A stretch of DNA of 63,779 nt, counting the filler. It is 10 parts of 10 records of this genome, joined end to end, with 100 filler letters (N's around TTAATTAATTAA, not from the genome) between each part and the next. Parts side by side here need not be neighbours in the genome. Positions count along the whole stretch, not along the records: positions 45,670 to 59,447 come from SRR7504441_8839; positions 59,548 to 63,779 come from SRR7504441_8851; 8 more parts are not named here. The stretch is one strand, 5' to 3'. The position numbers and the translations under genes are program-made. A model generated the notes under the pieces. The model was not told the DNA's origin. It was given only the letters and a program-made list of their open reading frames with translations, and did not search any database. Of the stretch, positions 56,698 to 63,779 are shown in pieces; positions within the stretch are counted from its first letter, which is position 1; each line of letters begins with the position of its first letter.

Positions 56698-59447
56698 ATG
56701 AACAGCACGGCCAAGGAGCGCTTCGAGGCTCTCCAGCAGCAGGCGATTGGCATGGGGATCAACTCGCGCGACGTTGCCATGGCGATTGACGAGCAGGACC
56801 TGCTTCGGGTCATGGGGAAAGCCGGGGGGTCGGCAAGCACGAGCACCACGGTCTCAACCTCGGGTGCGGTCACCACAACCACCAACGTTAGCTTTTCGAG
56901 CTCGACCTCGTCCAAGCTCGTGAACGAGACCACCGGCGGCTCCGGCTCGTCGGCAGTGGTCACCACCGCGCACGTTGCGCACGGGTCGGTCCACGCCCCC
57001 GTGGTTACCTCCAAGGTGGCCGAGTTCCAAACGGCGGCCTCGTCCGCAACAGACACTTACCTCTCTTCGTTGAAGCACTTTGAGGAACGGGACGACGTCA
57101 GTCCGACAAGCACCCGGGTCCCGCAATTCCTGTCGGACGCCGGAAGCCCCCGGAGCTCCAATGTAGGTAACCTGGACCACCGGTCGGTCAACATCCCGTC
57201 GACCTATGACCTCGGCATGGCCGGCAACACTGTGCGCACCTCGGAGGTCTCGGTCACCTCAGTCTCGATCAGCGAAAACGGGTCGGCCAAGACGTATGTG
57301 TGGGGCGGAAGCGAAGTGGCGAGCAACGCGCTCAAGGAGCTGGAGGTGACACAGCAAGCGCTGGTCAAAGCGTGTACCGAGCAGGCCCGGAACATCCTGG
57401 ATCAGTTCACGAGCAAGGGCCTCAAGCAAACCGTCGTGCTCAAGATGGTGGTCGAGTTGCTCGACCGAATGCAGGTCCAATTCGCGGGCGCCCAGACCGA
57501 GCTCACAAATGCTATGGGCATGATGCGCTCGGCATCTCTTGAGCTCCAATATGAATTCAACACGGCCGAGGCGAACGCGCTCACCGAGCTGGTCACGGTG
57601 GCTGTCTACGGGGGCGCCGGGCTTGACGGCCACCCGGACAGGTGCTTGCACGGATCAACGGCTCTCTGCTCAAGTACCGGATCGAGCTTTGCCTGCACAA
57701 GGCTCGGACCCACCTGACCGACGCCATCAACTTTGGGCACTCCGGAGTCTCAACTCTGCAGCAGGCTGGCCAGAGCGGCGGGCCGGGCTCGTTTGAGCAC
57801 ACTCTGGCGTCCATCATCCAGTTCCTTGAGCGGTGCATGACCGAGATCGTGCGCCAACCCGCCCGGCCAGTCCGGCTGATGGTGGGCTTCAGGTGTCGCC
57901 GTCAGACCTTTCCGTCCAGTGTGACTCAGTGAGGACTCTCGCTGCGCAGATGAGGACCCAAAAGCTGGACGCAACTGCGCTCGACTCAATGAGCACCGAA
58001 CTGGCCAACGCGCTGGAGCAGCTGTTCGAGCACGATCGGGCCACCAAGGCGTCGGTCTCAACTGATGAAGTGGTCAAGGCGGCCAAGCCACATGTCAAGA
58101 CACAGGAGATGTACGTGGAAGGCCTCAACCCTGACCACGCCCGTCGGATCTACGAGCTGTTTAGCGCGGTCGATACCGACTCCTCCGGCACCATTGAGAT
58201 TGCGGAGGTGCTTCTGGCGCACCACTCGTCAGCTGATCTGCTCGGCGATTTGCTTGACCACGAGAAGTCTGGATACATTGACCTGGACGAATGGCAGCAG
58301 TACATGGTCGGGATCAAACACAAGCATGGCGAGAAGAAATTTGCCAACTTCCTTCACGGACTGGAGGGCGAGTCCAAGCAGTATGCCATCGATTGCAGCT
58401 TGGCACAGACTGCTGAGGAGGGCCTCACCACCCAGCAGACTCGCCGGACCCAGCTGCTTTTTGAGACTGTGGATGCCAATCAGGACGGCGTGCTCAGTGT
58501 GAACGAGCTGACCAAGGTGCATCGCGGCGCCCGTAAACTTCTTGCCAAGCTCCAGACCAACATGCAAGGCGAGGTTACACAAAATGCGTGGACCAGCTTC
58601 ATCGTAAGTATCAAGAAGACCTATGGTGAGAGGGCCACCAATGCTCTGCTCCACTACTTTGAAAAGATCACTGGGATGCTTGTGGATGATCGTGCTGCCA
58701 AGCTTGAGCCATACCGCAAGGCTGAGTGGTCAGACCTGCATGCTGCACTACCCAACATGCCTGAGAAGCGGAGCGACGTGTCCATGACCGAGCGTGAGAG
58801 GCTGCAGCTGCAGAAGCACATGCACATCAAGAACGTTGGACTGCCTACGGTGTGCCCCATGCTAGCCTAGCCTGAGCTGTGTGTGGCTAGGTTTGCCGGG
58901 TGGATCCCAACAGCACAGATGCGATGCCAAGGGTGGCTAGCTAGACCGTGGCTTTGGCTTGATACTGTTGTGTGCAGTCTGGGGAGGGCCTGGCTGATGC
59001 TGAGCCTCCATCACCACGGGGAACACCAATGACAGGCCCAGGTGTCACTGATAGCACTTTATAGTCCCCATCTAGACAGCAAGCTATTTCCAGCGAATGC
59101 TGTACGTTTCCATGTGCAACGATTCTCCTGACACGCTTGCAAGATTGAATAATGAGAATAAGTTGGTAGGTTGCCCCGTGTGGCAACTGTCCGTGGCCAT
59201 ACGGTCCCTTAACTATCAACACATTTGAGCCGCACTGCGTTGCAATGCTGACTTGGCAATTTTAGCAGGTGGAGAGACTGGCGAGAAGTATGAGGGAAGC
59301 TACCGTGAGGGGATGAAGCACGGACGTGGCTTCTGGAAGGGACCCAAAAAGGAGACCTATGATGGTGAATGGGTTGATGACCTCAGGCATGGGGTTGGCC
59401 ACTACCGTACTCCAGCTGGCGAGGAGTACAACGGATTCTGGAATGAA
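56698..59447 (+). CDS. Large EF-hand + MORN-repeat protein, 3'-truncated
   Basis: EF loops DTDSSGTIE, DHEKSGYID and DANQDGVLS; MORN repeats YEGSYREGMKHGRG and YDGEWVDDLRHGVG; Ser/Thr-rich N-terminus. Confidence 0.7.
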
Positions 59448-59775
59448 NNNNNNNNNNNNNNNNNNNNNNNNNNNNNNNNNNNNNNNNNNNNTTAATTAAT
59501 TAANNNNNNNNNNNNNNNNNNNNNNNNNNNNNNNNNNNNNNNNNNNNCCCGCTCAAACGCTCCGCCCGTCGACCCGCCGGCCCCCTTTGGCCGGGGCCCC
59601 ATTGAATATTTAGAATACTGACTAACTCCACCTGAGTCAAAGACGATCCGTGTCGCCAACGGACGATCCCGTCGATCCGGACGGTCCGCTGCGGACCTGC
59701 GGTGGACCGGCGGTCGCTGGATAACGGCTCGGCGCTGGGCTTTGACTGCATCGCGACCTGGAGCTGCCCCCGCTC

Positions 59776-62700
59776 ATGCTGCCCCTAGGGCTCTGGCTGC
59801 TGCTCTGGGCTGCGCTCCCGCGGGCGGCCAGCCAGACCCCTGGGCCGGTGTTCGAGGTGGTCGCAGCCGATTGGCCCGGCTCCGGCGCCTGGGTCTCCAG
59901 AGTCGGGTCGGGCTCCGGCACGGCCGTCGGAAGCCCATACAAGGTCCAGGTCAGCTCGGACCCTGCGGGCGCGGTCCCGGCCGTGCGGCTCGGCGCGGAC
60001 CATTTCGCATTCAACGTGGACATCGGGCCGGTCGCCATGCCGGATCTGACTCTCGAGGTCTGGGTTTGGGTAAACGCTTACCCCCCGAACAGCGGCGGCT
60101 GGCTGATCGGGTCGCACAACGGTACATCGTGCGACCGATACATCGTGCTCAGCGACGCCCGTGTCGGCGGGACTGGTCCTTCCTGCGATTGCAGCTCGGG
60201 GCTGGGCGATGCCCCGCTCGGGTCTGAGGGTGGGTGGACGCACGTTGTGGCGGTGTACAGCCAGAGCACGGGGGAGGTGCGGGCCTGGCTCAACGGGATC
60301 AAGGGCACCGTGTGCACCGGAGCCATCCGCACCGACGGGTACCCCACACAGCTGTGGCTGGGTGCGCCGCCGGATCGATACGTGGAGGCCTCTGTGGCTA
60401 GTGTTCGCGCCTGGAGCAGGGTGCTTTCAGATGCGGAGGTGACAGCCCAGCACCAGCTGGGGGTTCCTGGATGGGTTACTGCCGACGAGCTGGGCTATCG
60501 CTACCTCGGCTGCTACGCAGACGGCTACGAGCGCGACTTGCCGGTTTTTTATCAAAGCCTTGTGAGCAACGATCTTCGCGGTGCGAGTGCGGCAGAGATC
60601 TTCTCTAGTCCTATCCAATGCGCGGCGGTGTGCGCCGGCTACAAGTACTTCGCCTTACAGTGGGAGAGATTTTGCTTTTGCGGGGACAGCTACGGCCGAT
60701 ATGGCTCCAGGCCAGCTAGCTCGGGACAGCCATGGGAGCTGTCGCCCTGGGCCAGTACGGTCGGATGTGACTGCAACGGTCCCAACATCGGCGGTTGGCG
60801 GAATTGTGTGTATGAGACAGTTTTGGACCCGATCTGCCCGTGCATCGGCCCGGACTGCGTGGCCTTGCGAGATCTGTACAACAGCACAGGTTGTGAGCTA
60901 GGGCTAGATAGAGCCGCACTGATGTGTCTGAGTGCAGGCGGCCCACAATGGTATGACAAAAAGAACTGGTGTAACGGCCAAAACCCTTGCGGATGGCCGT
61001 ACCCTCAGTTCGCGTACCGCAGATGGTTTGGTGCAAAGGAGTGTAACTCCGCTCCATATATTCCGCCATCCCTATCTGAGGCATGTGGGCTGGCTGTGAG
61101 CCAGTTCTATCTGCGCAACAACAATTTGACAGGCACGCTGCCGAGCACTCTGAGTCAGTTGTCGTCCGCGCGCGGAATTTGGCTTGATACAAATTCGTTA
61201 TCAGGGACCTTGCCTAGCACATTCGCAGCAAATCTAGCTACGCTGACCTTGGCCAGCAATGCGTTCTCTGGAACTCTGCGGAGCTCACTGTTTGCGAGGC
61301 CTCGCATCTATCAGGTCTCATTAAACAACAATGCTCTCTCTGGAAGTGTGCCGTCAAACTACAGGAGCCTGGGCATCGGGAATACGGCAGATCAGGGAGG
61401 TGGGACGCTTTTGCTACTCCACTCCAACAAGCTCAGTGGAACTTTACCAAGCACAGCAGGAGAGATTGTTACATCGCTCGACCCTGCGTTTACTACGCTC
61501 ACGTTCTCTGACAATGCGATTTCAGGAAGCATTCCCAGCAGCATAGGCAATATGTCTCGACTCATAGCTCTTTCGCTCTCTTCGAACTCTTTCTCGGGAG
61601 AGATTCCTGAAGCACTGGGAAGTCTGTCCAGCCTAGAGCAGTTCGACTCAGCGAGTAACCAACTAAGTGGCACACTGTCTAGCACACTTGGCAATTTGAC
61701 CCTTTTGAGTTTCCTTGCCGTCAACCACAACAGACTTAGTGGATCCAGCAACCCGTCGTTCTCACAATGGACCCGCATAAAGTTTCTCAGCCTGTCCAAA
61801 AATCAGCATCTAGATTTCGACCTCGGGCTGATGCGCCACTACGACAAGCTGCAATCTGCACTGCTGAGCGATTGTGGCATTCGAGGAACTCTGCCTGCCC
61901 TCAACAACCGGCCGCTGGCCCTGAAGACTCTGATCGTTTCTAACAACATGTTATCAGGCACTCTCTCTGAAGACTTGGTACGCAGCACGCAACGCCTCGA
62001 GACACTCGTGCTGTCAGGAAATCCACGGCTGAGCGGCACGTTGCCTCGGTCACTTGGCGAGATCGGCGTGTTAGAAACCTTACTGGCCAATGGGTTGCGG
62101 CTCAGTGGGACGATTCCGGTCACGTGGGGCACGCATAGAGGCAACGATTCCTGTGTAGACCTCACTATAGGAGGCGAGGCTTGGCGAGACTCGCGACCGG
62201 ATCCGAATTGCGGCACATTGAGCTGTCGGGATCCCGCACCCGCAGGGTGTACGGCACGGCTGGGCTATTACCTGGAAGGCGCCACATTTTGTAGCTCAAA
62301 AAGGCAAAGTATGTCGATCCGGGGAGACCAAAATACGACATACCTTTCCTTTGTGATGGACCCTGAGCTCTGTACTCGCGATGGCACGTGGCCCAACGGA
62401 TCCAATTGGGCTGGATGCGGCTGTGATTGGTATGCCAGTACACACACGCGTTGGAGGTAACGCAGCCGATTGGTTCCCTGTGCCACTTACCTGTTGGATC
62501 TCTAGGTGGTGGGACGGGTATTCAAACAGTGACGTCAACTGGTATTTTAGGCCTAATTTGCACACCAAAGGGGACGGAGACATCCCAGCCGGGTTCTCTC
62601 GGTGCAGCGCTTCGCAAAGCTACGACACCCAGACGACTGGGGACCACCTTGACTGCAAATCGGCGTCGCAGTGCAAAATCACACGTAATATCAACACCAG

Positions 62701-63779
62701 CGACGATTATCCAAACAACGGGTATACGGCCAACACGGCGTGTTGCTTCTGCGGGGGTGGCAGCCGAACGTGGAAACTTCAGACGCTAAGCCTGGCCCGT
62801 AACTTTTTGAGAGGCTCCACCGATCCACTGGCCCGCGCTGATAATCTGAAAACCCTGCTCCTCTCCTCGAACTATCTTTCTGGTTATGTAGTAGGGCTTG
62901 ACGGCGCAAGCTCATTGGCCATGGGCACATTCAAAGAGCCGGTCGAAGAAGCCATGTACACAACAGGAATTTTTATGGCCACCTTCCACTATGTGAATCC
63001 ATTCCAGGGACTTCGACCACAAGCCTTCGACAACATTGCCCTGGCCTTTAGCGGCAATATTGAGCTCACTACTACAGCAGCTAATATCCCACAAAGGGCA
63101 TCAGGAAACTTGCTGCAGAAGGACCGAGTCCGGGAGGGGCGGCATGGATTGTTCTCAGGCCATACTGAGTGTGTGACGCTGCTCTGCCTTGTTGTCCCAG
63201 CACTAGTCATAGCTCATCTAGTAGCTGTCATAACAGCTATCTATCCAAAGCGAGGGTCGTCTCTCACCACTCAACTATCACTGTATCTAGGACAGCTCAA
63301 ATGGAGCAGGCTCGAACCTCGAGCAGGTGTGCTCCGATATGTTTTGCACCAATCCATGACTGCTGCCATCTGCCTAGCAGTGATTGGCAGCGGTCTAGTT
63401 TTGCTCAACCTATCATCGACTGGCCTGTACGACAGTCACGGCGATGGCGACCCGATGCTTCGCACTACTATCGCTACGATCATACCATCCATCGAATATC
63501 AGCTGTGCTTTCTGGCATTGGCCTCTCTTGCTGTCACAGCATCAGCGGCCTTAGCCCGCGAGCTGGCAGAAGGAAATCAGACAACACAAGCGAGAGCTCT
63601 GCTCTGCTCAGTGGACGATATCCTGATGCCCGGTGCCGAACCTCCCGACGGGCGCACGGACGACAAGTACAACACAGAGAGTGGCGTGCGCTGCGCAGTG
63701 CGGACCTGGCACAGACGCAGCACCTGTGGCCGCGGGATACCCCTCTGGCGACGACTGCTCTACTGGTTTATGCACCTCC
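59776..63779 (+). CDS. Secreted-ectodomain LamG-like + WSC + plant-type LRR multipass membrane receptor, runs off window end
   Basis: Signal peptide; LTLEVWV..WTHVVAVY..RVLSDAEV (LamG-like); YLGCYAD..C..C..YFALQ..CFCG (WSC); many LxxNxLSGTLP repeats; introns 60890-60937 and 62457-62505; at least 3 TM segments after about 63170. Confidence 0.85.

Noticed and set aside
1-63779. A functional gene cluster (e.g. phosphoinositide/lipid signalling: PIPK, 5-phosphatase, DGK, FYVE, START, Sec14)
   Set aside because: These genes lie on different, artificially joined contigs and are common families; co-occurrence is not evidence of linkage. No rRNA, tRNA, transposase or viral hallmark gene was recognised.

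Overview
This is eukaryotic (protist) DNA, not prokaryotic. It consists of ten assembly contigs joined by nine artificial 100-nt linkers (N44-TTAATTAATTAA-N44), so adjacency across linkers is meaningless. It is GC-rich and very gene-dense (about 40 genes or fragments) and uses the standard genetic code. Most genes are broken by tiny GC-rich spliceosomal introns of about 34-49 nt, many with GC-AG ends, which explains why the ORF track is so fragmented. Genes are mostly arranged as head-to-head pairs whose start codons are only 25-192 bp apart, and 11 of 12 such gaps contain the same YAACGG (MYB/MSA-like) element. Recognisable products include Josephin, YchF, a MEINOX-TALE homeodomain protein, START, GPCR-PIPK, a STRA6-like protein, PKD2, LicD, DGK, SF-assemblin-like, a degenerate kinesin, a two-CH-domain protein, FYVE-ARM-UBA, a SNARE, a pseudo-apyrase, METTL13, TLC, a chlorophyllase-like hydrolase, DysF, a Rho-like GTPase, CRAL-TRIO, kinesin-PH, dienelactone hydrolase, EF-hand/MORN and a LamG-WSC-LRR multipass receptor. 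The most notable coding finding is an intron-rich (14 introns) copy of a bacterial, Bacteroidetes-type receiver/PEP-synthase-like protein, which may be a histidine-kinase-independent His-Asp phosphorelay. The lineage cannot be fixed from sequence alone; it is probably a flagellated non-opisthokont protist. All family assignments come from motif recognition by eye and remembered consensus sequences, not from database searches.
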